Source: the human T2T-CHM13v2.0 reference genome, Homo sapiens
DNA length: 64,000 nt
NCBI RefSeq assembly: GCF_009914755.1
Contig: NC_060942.1
Reading direction: 5' to 3' (one strand)
The position numbers and the translations under genes are program-made. Shown here one piece after another: positions 9,431 through 23,463 of the stretch. Each line of letters starts with the position of its first letter. Within the stretch, counting starts at the first letter, position 1. A model generated the notes under the pieces. That model was not told the DNA's origin, ran no database searches, and saw only the letters and a program-made list of their open reading frames with translations.

Positions 9431-12400
9431 GTGTATTTGTTAAATGAACAAACTCATTTCCAGGTATAAGCCATTGCAGAAAATAACTTTGGAATATGTA
9501 TAATAGCACATGGAGATGTTCTAAGAAAGACGATATTTGGGGTTTCTCCTCAGTGGCCCTCCAAGTGGTGTTAGGGAAATGAAAGACATCCATAATGGGA
9601 AACTAGTTTGGCCCCTTCCACATTACAGCAAGTGGATGACATCTCCAGTTGGGGGCAAAGTTGTGTGAGGGTGTGAGGGAGAGAAGCCCATGTCAGGTAG
9701 GAGCCCCCACGAGTTTCTTTCAATGCCGCAGCTTCCTGATGCACACCTGCCTTCAGGCTCAGAGAGGCGCTCACCCTGTGGTAAACACCTAGTACCCCCT
9801 GCCTCCATTGTCAGGGGAGCCTGCACCCACACACCTGCACATCCTGACACAGGGAGGCTCCCACACAGGCCTTCATCCCCCCACCTCCCCGCCAGGGAGG
9901 GTGGGCACGCTGCTGTGACTCACTCCCTGGCCCTGTTCCCTCTCGCTGAGTCACAGTGTAATTGATCCCTCCCTGCGCCAGGTTTCTACTCTCATGTGAC
10001 CCAAAGCAGGGTCATTGGGCCAGGCTGAATCTAGGCTGGGGTTCTGAGACTGCTGGGTGGGAGAGTTGATCCCAGGAGGGAGGGACAGGCTGTTAGAACC
10101 TGCGATGGCTCTGAGCCTTTTACATGACGCTCCTGGATGTCTGCTGAGGTGTTGTGTTTGGAGGAGTCAGGGTTGTCCACCACCCACCCATGATATATAT
10201 CCCCTCCACTGATGTTCCCATCACTGTAGGGCTATCTCCACAGAAGCTGCCTTGGTTAAATAATGAACGGGATGGTTTGGTCTTCGGGAATCTCCTTGAA
10301 GACGCCCATGGTCTTTGTGTGTCTGGGACTAGGGTGCCTCATCCTTGTTTCCAAAATGAGGTGTGGGCTTAAAAGATCTGAGGGTGTGAGAGTAGGAAGT
10401 TAGGTATGTGTGATCCACACATCATTAAAGGGCAGCTTTACCCCGTGGGGGTCAATCCAGGCCATCCTTACTCCCAAAAAAGAGCCACCTCTCCTCCTGA
10501 AGAAATGGGAAACCCCGGCTAACAAGGATAAAACCACAAATCCTCCCAGGCTGGTGGCAAAGGGCAGGGTAAAGGTCACCTCTGCTAAGGGCTTCTCTTA
10601 ATAGGCAGATCTGGGGTGGGGTGTGCAGGTCCCTAGACCAGCAAGAACTACAACATCACCGCCTTGCCATGGACAAGCCATGCCATTGTTCTTTGTTTCC
10701 GTATCCTCATCTATAAAATGGGCAGAAAATTCTCCTTAGAGAAGCATCTAATGAATAGATAAAGCTCTGAGAAGTAACCCTATTATCATAACCCTGCCTC
10801 TCCTCCGATTTTTAGTCTTCTCCCATCATCTTGTCTGCTGGGCAGGCAGCAATGTGATGGGATCTGTGCCCACTTTGGGTCTTGATCTCTGCTTCCAGTC
10901 CCTGCTCAACATCAAGGCTGCCCCACTGAGGCATTTCCTGCCTCGGGAGAGTGGATTCTGTATTTGGTCATCAAACAACAAAAGGAGCTCCATCTGGGTT
11001 CTGGAGGGACTCAGCCAAGACTTGCCCTGTATCCTGGGTCACTGCTTCCCTTTTCTGGACCTCATTCCCTGATTCGTGAGATGGGGACCATATCCTTGCT
11101 CTGCATACCTTGTGGGGAGGAATGAGGGTGGACTTGCTACTCAGAGTGCAAGGTGCTTATGCTGTGAATAAGCTCCTCTCCCCACCCACCCTGTCCCTGT
11201 CTCTGCACAGCCCCCAGCCTCAGAACAGGCCTGGAACAGAGAAAGCGGCCTGGCTCTCCCATCCATCCTCTTCCTCCGGATTATTTCTCCCAATCACACT
11301 TAATAGCTGCCTGGCTTTTGGCTGCAGCCCGGTATATAATAACCTGCAATTATTGTCCACTTAAGCTGTCCCCAGAGCCTTGTCTGTTGCGCTGCCCAGG
11401 CCCGCATCGCCGGCCTGCTGATTTCCCTGTCAGAGTCATGGCCAATGGGAAGAAAGCCCTTGACAGGGCTAGACTGACAATGCTTTGGCAGGGCCACCAC
11501 CTCCCAGGCTGCGACTTCCTAGGAGAGACGGGGCCTCAGAGGCAGCCCCCTCCAGCCATAGCCGCATGCAGCCTGGGAGCCTGCCTTGCTGGGGCCTGGC
11601 CCTCTGGGCTGTTCCTGTATGCCCTGCCTCTATATACACGCTACTCTCATTTCAGCCTCTGCCTTTATTTACCCTTTACCTTGTGTGTCCACTTTACTGA
11701 TTGCTACAGGCCAGTCCCTTTCCCAGCTAAGTTGTTCTTCTCTGCATCCTTATAAGGGAGGCATTGGCTTTTTACATACCAGGCTACTAAAGATCAGAGA
11801 GGTTAGGTTTCTTTCTTAGAGTCACATAGCCAGGAAGTGACAGTAAAAATTCAAAATCCAATGGGCTGTTTCCATGGCTCACATATTTAATGCTTATGCT
11901 ATGCTGTTTCCTGTCTTCCTATCAAGTCCTACCCACCTTGGTGGCTCTGTTGGGTGCCACCTTTCTTGGAAAGCCAGCTTCAGCACTGCAGCAACCCTGG
12001 CCTGTCTGGCTCTGAACCCATACAGCCCTTGAGCATGCCCGAGATTCCCTTGGTCCTGTGTGGGCAGTGGATGAGTTCCCCTGCTTAGCTCTCCTCTGTC
12101 ATTTAGTTCCTAAACTATCACTGTGCAAATTGGATAAAGCTGAGCCTTTGCAGTTGTCCACGTTCTCCCCTTCTTAGCTTCGACTAGCATTCTCATGAAC
12201 ATCTCTCCTAGAGCCTGGTCCTCACTGCTCCTGACAAGGGACCTCGCCCATCTGTTTGGTAAACATTTAAATTATCTCTGTGGTACCACCTGGCCCTGAT
12301 GGTGGTGAGGGTGATGATGATGGTGATGATAAAAGTAGCTTTCTAGGCTGTGAAAACACATGCAGGTTCTGTGCTATCATTGGGAGATGGCAAAATCTGA

Positions 12401-15400
12401 GGGTGGGAGTATTTTCATGTCACTCTGAATCTAATAATTAAATGATCACGGACAAAAGAGGGTGTCCAGACCCTAACTGAGGCTGGTTGTCTTCGTCAGT
12501 GAGTGTGTGTGTGCACATGGTCCAGAGTGCAGTGGCTAGGATGGACCCTGGGGCCTGGGGACTGCCAGGACCTGTGATAAATGGAGCCCCAAGTCTGCTG
12601 GACTGACAGGCCAGAACAACCAGGGGGCTGTGGGCTGAGGGAGGCTCTGAAGGACACTGTATCTGGAAGGTCCTCCATTGGCTGTCACATTGGGCTCTGG
12701 GCTATCAGCAGAGAGGGAGTGGAGCCAAGATCCAGAGTCTGGTGGGTCCACCCTCTTGTCTGGGCCCCAGGCCAGTCCTTCCCCAGCCCTGCTCACAGGA
12801 CACACCCTTTCCCTTCTGGGCTCACTCATCCTTTGCCTGAATGTTCCTCACTGCTGCTTGCATTTTTCTTCCTTTGTCTTGCAAACAGATTCTCAGCAAG
12901 GAACCTTTGTTGGAAATCAGTGTTGGGGCAGCCTGGGGCCTTCTCTGGCCCTTCAGGTCTTACAGGTTAAGTCTGAGGCTGGCCTGAAGATAAACTGCCA
13001 TGGGGCTGTCTGGGGCCTCCTTCCTTCTTCTGTGCCATCCGGGGAGGCTTGGGAGCCCTCCCTGACTTGGCGCTGAGGGAGGCAGAGGGCCTGTGTCTCC
13101 TGCTCCACACCCTCGCTGTTCCCCCAGCGGGCGGGGATGCTTTAGCAGCTCTGCCTGCTCTACGCTGTTTCTTGGACTGGAAATGCCCCTGTCGGTCAGA
13201 TCCCTGGCCTTTAGCCCTGGGGTGGGGCCTCTCAGGAAGAGCCTGGGCAGGGATCCTCAGCTGGGGGCAGTGCAGATGAGGAAAGGGGCCAGAACCCACC
13301 ACACCAGCTGCCCCCTGCGGCAGCATCCGGTTCCAGGGCTTTACACTGTGAAGGGCCAAACTATGCAGTGGCCTTCACTTTCTCTAACTGCCATTTACTC
13401 CCCTGGCCCCTGTCACACCCATGCCAAGGGTAGAGGAAGACTTCAGACCTGCTAGTTAAAGGTAACACACCCTCTTTTCAGTGTAAACTAGTCTTGTATG
13501 GGCAAATCTCCCATCTTTAGAGGTTTTCCTCCTCTCCCCTCTAGCTGAGATGGCATTTGAGGTAGGGGAAACATACACATCCTGTGTGGGAGAGGGGGCC
13601 TTGGATTGTCCTCAAACTGTGTCCTCTGGGGCCTTGGTGGGCCTTATGGGGTGTGGTTGCCACTGTCTGGGTCGTGGGAGCCCCAGAGCCCAGCCCACCA
13701 AGCCCCGGTTGGCCACTGTGCTTGCAGGTATCCTCTGGGTCCCCCTATACCTTCCTACATCCCCTTCAGGGAGGGGGCCTGGGGCACACCCTGGCTTCCA
13801 GCTTTCTTCCTGTGCATCCCACGTAGATCACTTCTGGAACTCTCCTGCACCACAGGCAGCTAGGATGGACAGGGAGAGGAGGGGGATGATCTATTTAAAC
13901 TTACCTTTCTGCCTAGACCCACTCTCCTTTTACTCCTCTAGGTAGTGGCCCCAGGTGGTCCAGAGCCACCCAAACAGGAGGTGGAGCCCAGTCTTCACAG
14001 CTTTCAGCTTTGTTTGAAATGGGCCTGTTTTCTCCTCCCTCCCCCTTCACTACTTAAGTTTCAGCTCTGAGATGGGAGGAGTGGCTGGCTGGGGTGCCGC
14101 GGGAGGCTTGCTCTGCCCTCATCCTCCCCTGATCAAGGCAGCCTCTGGACTCTGTTCCTCACTATGTCCCTTCCTGCAGGTGCATAGACACTGAGGACGG
14201 TCCTATAGCTCATTCACTCTGTGAGCCAGCCCAGCACCATGCTTGGCACCGTGGCTAAAAGAGCAGAAAACAACCAGTGCCACCGAGTGCTGAATTTGCT
14301 TAAGACATTTGTAATACAAAAAACCCCAAAACTCCAAACCCCCAAACCGAAACCCAAATTAAATATTTCCTTCTGGGGTGGCTTTTTAAACTAGTTTTGA
14401 TCATGTGAAGTGTAAATTCTTAGCTACCTAGAGAGCCTGACAATCCAAAAGGATTCATTTGTCAAATATTTAGGTTGGTCAAGATTAAGCATTTACTAGT
14501 GTGTAGAAGAGATGTGATTGTAAACTGATCAGACAAGTTTTATATGCAGATGTTCTAACCACTGTCATCACGTATAGGCACGTCCTTCAACACAGCACCC
14601 TCCTTCCTGTGTGTGTGTGTGTACGCGCGTGCAGCGTGCACGTGTTTGTCAGGGACACACGTGTGAGAGCACGTCTTCTTCATTGGGTTTATTTTCTTTG
14701 TGCTGCTAATGCTTTTGGCCTCTGGGGGTGCTATATATATACAGATACGGAATTTGAGAAACACAGGATTTTTAACCTGAAAGGAACCGTAGGTATTTTC
14801 TAATCTACTTTTCTCATTTTTCGCCTTTGGCAATGTCCAGAGAGTTGAGGTGACTTGTTCAGGGTTAGATAGAGAATGTAGATCTGTCTCTGTCTTTCTC
14901 ACGTGCACACATGCACATCCACACTCACTGTCTGGTAATGGTAATGGATGGCTGTTTCCTCTCTTTTTCTCCCCCTCTCCATGTGCCTCCTTTCCTCCAT
15001 CAGTCTGTCTCTCTTTCCTCCTCTCCTTCTGTTCTGTGGTCCTGGCTGGCAGCTGAGGATGGCACAGGGCGTGCAGAGGCTAGCTCCCAGGGAGGCTGCC
15101 CCAGCAGCTGGCTGTGCCCCAACTCCCCCCTCCTCCCTGAGTTGGGAAATGGAGGCACAGTGTGTTCCCTGGCTTCCCTATTAGTCAGGAACCTAAGGGA
15201 GCACTACCTCAGTCCTGGGGAAGAGCAAAGAGGAAGGACAGATGCCTCTGTTTGCAACCGGATCCCCCTTCCCTGGCTGTCTCCAAGTGGAGCTGACTTT
15301 CTCCTAGGGGAGGAAATGGGGTTTCCTCCTTGACACTGCTCCTTCCTGAATCCTTTTCTCTAGCCCAAGCCACATAGCCTCCAGTTCAACTACCCCTTTA

Positions 15401-15779
15401 GGGAAGATGCAATGCTATTTGCTTCATATCCAAAAAGCCCAGGGAAATGCTGCCTGCTCTAACCCCCTCTAATCCTGGTATCCTGGTGCTGAAGTGTGGC
15501 TCTCAATCCTAAACCAGCTCTGTGGAAATGACATTTTGGACAGATCTTGTTTTCCATTCTCAGATTTGGAATGGCCCTTTGAAGGCCTCTCTGTTACTCC
15601 TATGGTCATTGGAGGAAGCCATCTTCCAGCATTCCTGTTTCTCCAGTCTGCTTAAGCACTGCCATCAAAGGAGAGCTCACTCCTTCACACAACAGCCAAT
15701 ACCTTTACAAACTCCGGCTCTCATGTGTTTCTCCCCAAAACACCCATTCTTGAAACCGATAGCTACCCTTGCTTTTTCC

Positions 15780-17110
15780 TCTTTGTTTCTCGTTGTTCTG
15801 TAACACTCAAAGCTGGCCTTTGCCCCCCGCACTTTACCAGAATTATTTTTACAAAAATCCTCAGTAGCTTCCTATTGGCCAAATCCAGTAGCTATTTTTA
15901 AAGTCTTCATTTTAATGCTGTTAATCACTTTATCTTGGAAATCTCTTTCTTTTCTCTCAGGACACACATTGTTCTTTCTTTGTTAACTTACTGCTTTCTG
16001 TCAGTCCCCTCGACTGGGTCCTCTTTCTCTGTGCAGTCCTTAAATGCTGGGTTACCTTTGTCCCATCTTTGAACTTTTCTTCTTTGCAGTTTTCACAATC
16101 TCTTAGGGCCACCACCTGCTTGCATAGGGTAGCAGTTCTCCATACAAGGCAACATGTCTAGTCTAATCTTTCTTACTGAGCTTCAGCTCCTCATTCCCAG
16201 CCTCTAGAGGGCTCCAAGAGAAGAATGCTAGATTTGGGGTGACTCTCTTCTCATGAGAAAAAGAATCTCCCCCACTTGAAGTCCCTACCTTGGCTAGTGA
16301 CCCTGTCTTTTACCCAGTCATCTCAGCCTGGACACGCATCACCCTTGACCATATCCTCTCCCTCATCCTGGAGATGCCCTTGGTCAGCAAATCCCACTGG
16401 TTCTCCTACATTTTCACCTTTCTCATTCTCCTTACACTGTTGCCAAAGTCAGCCAACTGGTTTCTTTGTATTGACCCTGCCTTTTCTGACCCAAATACAG
16501 TTCAGTCTGTGCACAGAATGACCTTTCTAAAACACAGATCTGGTCTTGCCAGTTTCCTCCTTAAAAGCCTTCTGTGTCTCCCCATTACCTCCAAGATAGA
16601 GCCCAGCTCATTGACTTGGTCTTCCCGGATCCTCACCACTCACCCTGTCCCATCTGCCACCCCTTCTGGACCCTTCTCCTGTGACCTCTTTCCTCCCCTT
16701 GTCCTGGGTTCCCGAACCCGGCTCCTACCACTCTCATCCTCACCCCCTCTGCTTCTATCCAGTTTGACAGCCATCCACAATATTTCTCACCCTGTTTTTC
16801 TTCCTGGAACCCTCTTCCTCTTTCTTTTGCTCACTAATCCCTGGTCAGTTTTCACTTTTCTGCTTGAACATCACTGCTTCAGGGAGGCCTTACTTGCCTG
16901 ACTGCCCAGACTAAGAAGGATAACGCATTGTGCACTCTTAAGGTATGTGGTGCTTTTTATAGTCATCTGCCTAATAGCAATTGTTTAATTAATTACTTGC
17001 TCACCTCCTCCCACCCCAGTAGATTGTAAGGCTCATGAGGGCACAACTATGGCTTTCTTGTTCAGTTCTGTATCTTCAGGCTTGGCTCCCTGTGTGTACA
17101 AGAAATACTC
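15780..17110 (+). mobile_element. L2 LINE fragments
   Basis: Pyrimidine-rich L2-type phrases (attggccaaatccagt, gacctttctaaaacacagatctgg, ccttctgtgtctccccatt, agattgtaaggctcatgagggca). Confidence 0.6.
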
Positions 17111-18379
17111 ATTGTCTGTCTGGGTGGCTGGAGAGCCTCAAATGTCAGCCTGAGTAGGATCTTGATCCTGTGAGCAATAGAGTGCTGAAGGTTGTCCCCA
17201 ATATGATGATGACTTGATCAAATTTTGGGTTTAGGAAGATTGGCTGGGGAGCTTCATGTAGGTTTGGATGGAGGCAGGTGGTATTGGGAACTGGGGTGCT
17301 GGCAACAGTACAGGTGTGAGATACCTTTTCCATTCCTATCCCATCTGCTTCCAGTGGAGAGTCTAGATGATGCAGTCAATGTGTGCATAAATGAAAATGA
17401 AATGAGTCCAGGAATGGGCTTATAATAAACTCAGCCCATAGCTGTGAAATGACCTTACCTTATTGTGAGAAGCATATTTTTTTCTCCCCATTTTCTGTTT
17501 TTTTTTCTCCCCATTTTCTGTTTTTTCTAAATCTGTTCTTATTTCATTTCTTGGTCCTCATCTTCTCCTTCAAGGGCTATATCCAGAAAAGGATGCTTTC
17601 TAATGTTCCTATCTAATTGCCTGCTAATTTGTTAGTATTATTGCTAGTCTCTACAATACAGATGCAACTTTCAGATATCTTATCTGGAGGTTTCAACCCC
17701 AGGGAAGAATAAAATTGCAGTTGGAAGAGTCCAAAAAGTGGCTGTGGTTCTGAGGCTCAGACTGGCAAAATTGGTAGCTTTTCCCAGCTCTAATTTCTGT
17801 GACAGGAACAAAAAGCACCCTCTTATGGCTCTGTCTCCCCTGACCCATGCTCTCCAGCACAGTGACAAGTGGGAGTGTGTTTTTTTTGCTCTTTGTTATA
17901 CTGGGTTCTGCCCCATCTTTCTAAAGCAATCTTATAAATCATTGATGAGAATATTTCTATTTTTGTCTTAAATATCCTAGCCAAGAAAGCCTTATGAATA
18001 CTTTCCAAATCAAGTGCTGGCATTGCACGATGCTTCCTCATTGATGGCAGGCCCATTTCATTGTTTTTTCACTTCTTGGCTCTGCTTTCCATGGCAGCAG
18101 TGCCAAGTCTCAGCTTGAGGGTGGGGGAGAGGGTTGACCCTGATGCAGAACCCTGTGTGCCTCCCTTTCTTGGACAAGAGCTCCTTCCTTTCTTCTTGCC
18201 CATGACTGTCATACACGATCCCCACTACACCACCCTCATCTTAGACTTTTCAACCTTGGAATGCTGTAAATGATGACTGGTATTTTTTCTCAGTAAGGTT
18301 TCCTCCTGCCCTTCATCCTGCTTCTGCACCATTTTCCCTCCATCCCCATCATCATCCATTCTGTGTCTAGTCATTCAAG

Positions 18380-18545
18380 TCACTTGAATATCAACCTTCC
18401 TTGAATGTAAAAGAGACCCTCTCATGTAGTAGATTCTAGACCCTGCTAGTTCATAAGGACCATGTCACTCTCACTTACCACTGTGTCTGGGCACTTGCAC
18501 AGGGGCCTGGCACATGGTAAGCACTCAATAAATATTTGATGAATT
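18380..18545 (+). mobile_element. L2 3' end
   Basis: ggcctggcacatggtaagcactcaataaatatttgatgaat. Confidence 0.7.
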
Positions 18546-19399
18546 GGGGAATACATGAGGAAATGAAAGACCTAAAGGATTGGGTGCCCTAATGCTGAAT
18601 CTCCTCCCTCCCTGAGAACCACCTGGACCTGACACTCTAAGACGGCTAATGCAGGACTTTTCTGAAGCTTGAAAAGTATTCTCTACAGAGAAAGAAATGT
18701 TGTTCAAATGCATCTTTTCTGATGATCCGCAACTTGTTTGGATTTTTCTTTTACTTTTATGTTTTTTCAACATTCATGTCAATAATTTACATTACCCGTC
18801 TCTTGCTTAGGTATTGCTTAGCTTTGCTCTTTCATGTGAGTAAGTCTTGTATTCCTGAAGAGAGTAGAAATACTGGGAGGGAGAAACTGAGTCCATTTAC
18901 TTTATAGCCCAACTACAAGACTTCATGCAGCCAGAATTTAAGAAACACTTCCAACTTGCTGACTGAGTGAATGGGTCTTAAGCCTGACATCCACTTTTAT
19001 TTTTAACATTATAGGTTAGAATTTAAACCCAGGAGGGAATGAATCCTCTTTCTTATGACTTATATCATCCTTGTCTGACAGCACAAAGTGTTATGGATTT
19101 ATATGGTTTATCTAATTGTGTAGGTATGCAGTATGAAAATGTTAGGTAAATCAAAATTATTTAGGAGACTGGGTGATTTAGTTTTTGCAATAATTAGATG
19201 CTTCAGAGAATTCATTCCTTAGTATTTTGATAATTGTTTTGATAACACACTTTCTTTGTTGTGGTTTACCTGTCAGCAGGAAATGATAATCCAGGAACTC
19301 CATAACTGTCCATCAGTCTAGTACAGACTTGATTGGAGCTCACTATGATCAATGATGGGCTACCAGCCATCTATGCCATCCTCCCTGCCCCAAGGAGCT

Positions 19400-20050
19400 G
19401 CCAGTGCTGGGCAAGGCAGATGCATGCCTGTGATTTAAGGCCAAACATGGAAATACATATTTGGGCACATAGAGAAGGATGAAGTTTCTTCTCATCAGGA
19501 GATCGATGAAGACCTCCTGCAGGAGTCCACATCTGGATAAAGTGTTGAAGGAGAAGTTTGATCTTACAAGCCAGGACTGTGCCTAATTCCTAGGAGGTGT
19601 CCGTGCCTAATTCTAATTAGGAATTAGGAATTCCTAATTCCACAAATGTTTGCTGGCAGTCTGAAAGAGGACAGTGGCATTCTGGGCAGAGAGAAAGAGC
19701 AAGAAACAGGAGAGCAGAGAGGGCAAGGCTCATTTAGGGTTGAGTGAGTCGTGTTTTCAACCTGAAGCTGAAGCCTGAGGTGTCTGAGCCAATAGTTGGG
19801 GACAAATCTGGTTGGTTGGTTGGAGGCTGAGTGTGAAAGTCCTTGAATTAAGCTGAGGATTTTAGATTTCAATCAGAAGCCAAAGGAACTCCCTGAACGC
19901 GTGGGAGCAGGGACAGGACATGCTCTGAGCTGTGCTTCAGGAAGGCCAGGCTGACATTGGTAAGAAGGCCATATTGGCATGGAAGGGCTGGGGTAGAGGG
20001 AATCTTTGGGAGGGAATCACAGGTAATTGGGTGGGTGGGAGGGCAGGTTG
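19400..20050 (-). mobile_element. L2 fragment
   Basis: Purine-rich L2 antisense phrases (aggattttagatttcaatcagaagccaaagg, gacatgctctgagctgtgcttcaggaag). Confidence 0.5.
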
Positions 20051-20459
20051 CAGGGTCATGAACCTCAACAGTAATGGCGGGTGGCAGAGGGGCTATGTGA
20101 AGAGAGAGTCTCAGATCATGCAAGACTGGGAGATGCCTTCACAGGTGGTTTGTCCTGAGAGCCTCTCCTTCTCCTCTCCCTCTCCCATCACCTTCTCTTA
20201 CATAATGTCAACAATTTGGGGAGTCTGGCTTCTGCATCTCCCACCACCCAGGGAGACTCTAGCTCAGGGGGAGGATTGACTTTAGGCAGGTGTGAGTGGA
20301 TATGAATTTATTAAGATCCTTATTTATTTATCAGTTGCTATTTAATGCCTTCCTGTGGTCTAAAGGATTTGAGGGAGATAGTGTGAATGTATGTAAATGT
20401 GTTTTTCCACCAAATGGGGCCCACACTTTCAGCCTGATCTCTTATTCCACAGCACCAGA

Positions 20460-20660
20460 GTTGAGAGGAAGGGGTTTGAATCCTAGCTCTTCCACCTGCC
20501 AGCTACATGACCTTCAGCAAGTTACCTGTCTGCTCTGAGCCTCCGGGTTCATACTTGTGGAGCTGGGATGAGCATAATCGACCTCCGGCTTTGTTTATGG
20601 ATTAACTGAGATCATACATGCCACATGTTTAGTGTAGCATCTGAGGCACAGGAAGCACCC
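20460..20660 (+). mobile_element. MIR SINE
   Basis: gggtttgaatcctagctcttccacctgccagctacatgaccttcagcaagttacc...ctctgagcctc. Confidence 0.75.
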
Positions 20661-23311
20661 AGGTGGACAGTCAATATCAGATAGACTCTTAACTCTTATT
20701 ATTCTTATTACTTCTTCAGGTGTGTGAGGGCAGGGTGGGAGGGATTCTTAATGTGGGTATCCTACCTTACCTTTCCTAAGCCCTTGCTACTGCATCCTGT
20801 GCCTGGCCACCTGCCTCGCTAATGTGATAAAGAAGCACATATATTCTCCCAAAGCATGCATTCCTGTCCTGTTCCTGATGTTCTCTGGCATCAAATCCTG
20901 CCCATTTTGACAACTGCCACAGAGGGAATACCCGTAGGTGAAGGTGCTCACATTTCTATTAGGACTAATTCATTAGATGCACTCTATAAAGACCTAGGAG
21001 GCAAAATAAAACATGGCCTCTGTCCTCGGAGAATTCCTATGAAGGGAGGGGAAGTACAGGCATTTACATAGATAATCACAGAACAATGAGACAGGCCATC
21101 AGAGGGCTGGGTGCCCTGCTGTGGGAGCAGACTAGCTTTGAGCGTGCTAGGTTTGAGATGAGTTGGGAAGGAGCAAGAGCACCTGGCACATGAGGGAAGG
21201 AGGTGTTCTGACCAAAGGGGCGACTGGCACACAGTGTGTTGGGGAAACTGCAAGTGGCTCAGTAAAACCAGACTGTGGAGTTTCTAATGGGGCATTTGTG
21301 TATCAGCAAGGAGTCTAATAGTGGAAAAAGTAGGAAAAAGGCACTGGAGCGGGTGGACTGGGGACATGTTTTAATGGGCCATCCATGTGTTCCTCAAATC
21401 ACTCCCAGATCATCACCACTTTCTTCTATGATTGGTCTTTACCCACAAGCTCTGCATTGTATTTCCTGGTGTGACACTAAGATGAAAAATGAATAACTTC
21501 CTTTATTTTACTAGATTTCTAATCAATATCTTAATCTTCTTGAATCTTTTTTTTTTTTTGGAGAGGGGTATTCAGTGTCAAAGAGTGTCTGGCTTCATCA
21601 GTTCAGGGTATCACCTGTGCCCCATCTCCTACCCTTGGCAGAGGGCGGCAGGACAGCTGTTAAACAGCTGCCCGAGGAGACCTGAACAGTCCATTCCCAC
21701 ATCCTCCACCTACCTGAGGCTCTTGAGAGGCCAGTGCTTCTGACTGGTGCCCCCAGCACTGGCGCTACTCCAGTGTGATGGTAGGAGCTGGCTTCAGCAT
21801 GGCCGTCTGAGAAGGGCTTGAAGAAATGAATGTGGAGGCACCTTTCAGGCATCAGAGCCCTGCCAGCTTCCAGAACTGCGCTAGTGACTTAGGGCAGACT
21901 ACACCTGCCCTGGGACCATTTGCAAGGGCTTTTGGTCCAACACAGGACTTTAGCTGCCGTCTGGGACTAAGGATAGGTCTTTGTTTTTCACTTTTTTGTT
22001 TCATTCTCCATCTGGCTTATGTTCCTTTTCATTTGCACTTAATACCAAAGGACTATGGGGGAAATCACTGATGTTATATTTACTGCTGAGGACTGAACAG
22101 GCCAGCTTCTTCCTCATGGCACTCAAGGGCCCACGTGATGTGACCCTCCAGGGGCAGTTCTCTCTTTCCTATTTCAAACCCTTTGCCCTGGTAGGGCCAT
22201 CTCTTCTGTCTCATTTCCAACAGGACTCCTTTGAGCCTGCAGCTCTTGGTTGCCTCTGCCTGTGATGCCCAACTGCCCCCACGCGCCCCATCCTGCACCC
22301 CAGCCTGGCCTGCTCATTCTTGGAGGCCCAGGCCTGGGATCAAACCCTTGGTGATGGCCTTTCTTGCTGTCTGTGGCCTCACATATTGCAGAGATCAGAA
22401 CTGGGAGCCCCAAGAGCATCTAAGGGTCTGAGAACACATATGAGTCACTGTTAATTCATGTCCACGAGCACAGTGACTTCCCGCACTGCCCTATCAGCTT
22501 CCAAAAGGCAGGGACTTCTCACTTCCTGTCTTCCCTGAGATGCCCCGCACGGGACAGGACACAGGAATGGTTGCCAGCTAGAATAGCTTATCCGTAGAGT
22601 GTCCTTTTGTTCTGCTGACTTTATTTTCTTCACAATAACATTCTTTTTGGTAGAGGATCAAGTGTGAAATGCCAGCATTTGAGTTTAAGGGGCCCTAGAT
22701 AGGCATTTGCTACATTCCAACCTGCAGGCAGGGGTGTGTCCAGCCCTCTGGGCAGACCCTCACCCGCCCCTTCCTCTGTGGGCTGCCCCTCTCTGGACTG
22801 TATTTGGCAGACTGGAGAAACTCTCTTAGGTTTTATCCCTGAGGGCCTAGTGTGCAGCCTGCTCCGTCCCAGGTTCTATGGGTAGATGGGAGAAGCAGAA
22901 GTCTCGGCCTTTGCCTTTGGAAGCTTGGGATACTGTCTCAAGGGCAGTGCTGGGTCTCAGGGGATGGGGAGGTTTGGACGACAGGGAGGCCTGGGAAAGC
23001 CATTCTAGGTGGGGGAGAGGTGCCCCGGGTAAGTCAGGCCTGTTTTGGGTCTTGCCTCTGGTACAACTCCTGTGTGACCTCTCCTCTCTGGACCTCTATT
23101 TTCTCCTCTGTGAAATGGGTATAATCAACTGCTTACTGGCCCACCGGGTTGCGGGACAATGACCTGGGGTAACATGAGGGGAAATGGGGAAATGCTTTTC
23201 TGAGGATGAGGGCAGTGTCTGAATGAGGGGTGATGCCAGGACTGCCTCAGTAAACGTAAACTTCACCATCTCGTTTCATAGGTCATTTGGGGGGTGGGTT
23301 GTATTCTTTAA

Positions 23312-23313
<2 letters not shown>

Positions 23314-23348
<35 letters not shown>

Positions 23349-23463
23349 ATGGAGTAATGGTACGGTTAATGTATTGTTATAACATGCAGCAGTACCAATT
23401 TATCATAGCAGGACCCCTTCCTTGAGAGAGAGAGTGAGAGAGTGTGTGTGTTTGTGTGTGTGT
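23314..23463. repeat. Poly-T (32 nt) followed by (GA)n(GT)n microsatellite
   Basis: T run 23314-23345; gagagag...gtgtgtg at ~23424-23463. Confidence 0.9.

Noticed and set aside
13307-13322. CTCF-like motif (minus strand TGCCGCAGGGGGCAGC)
   Set aside because: Mismatches at the conserved 5' CC positions; cannot be called without PWM scoring or ChIP data.
15486-15493. Isolated RE1 half-sites (also near 63139 and 63638)
   Set aside because: No properly placed partner half-site; expected by chance in 64 kb.
16290-16901. 203-aa + strand ORF
   Set aside because: Non-ATG start, Leu/Ser/Pro-rich, lies in pyrimidine-rich decayed L2 sequence.
23314-23345. Poly-T run as tail of a processed pseudogene
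   Set aside because: No adjacent ORF remnant, SINE body or target-site duplication recognised.
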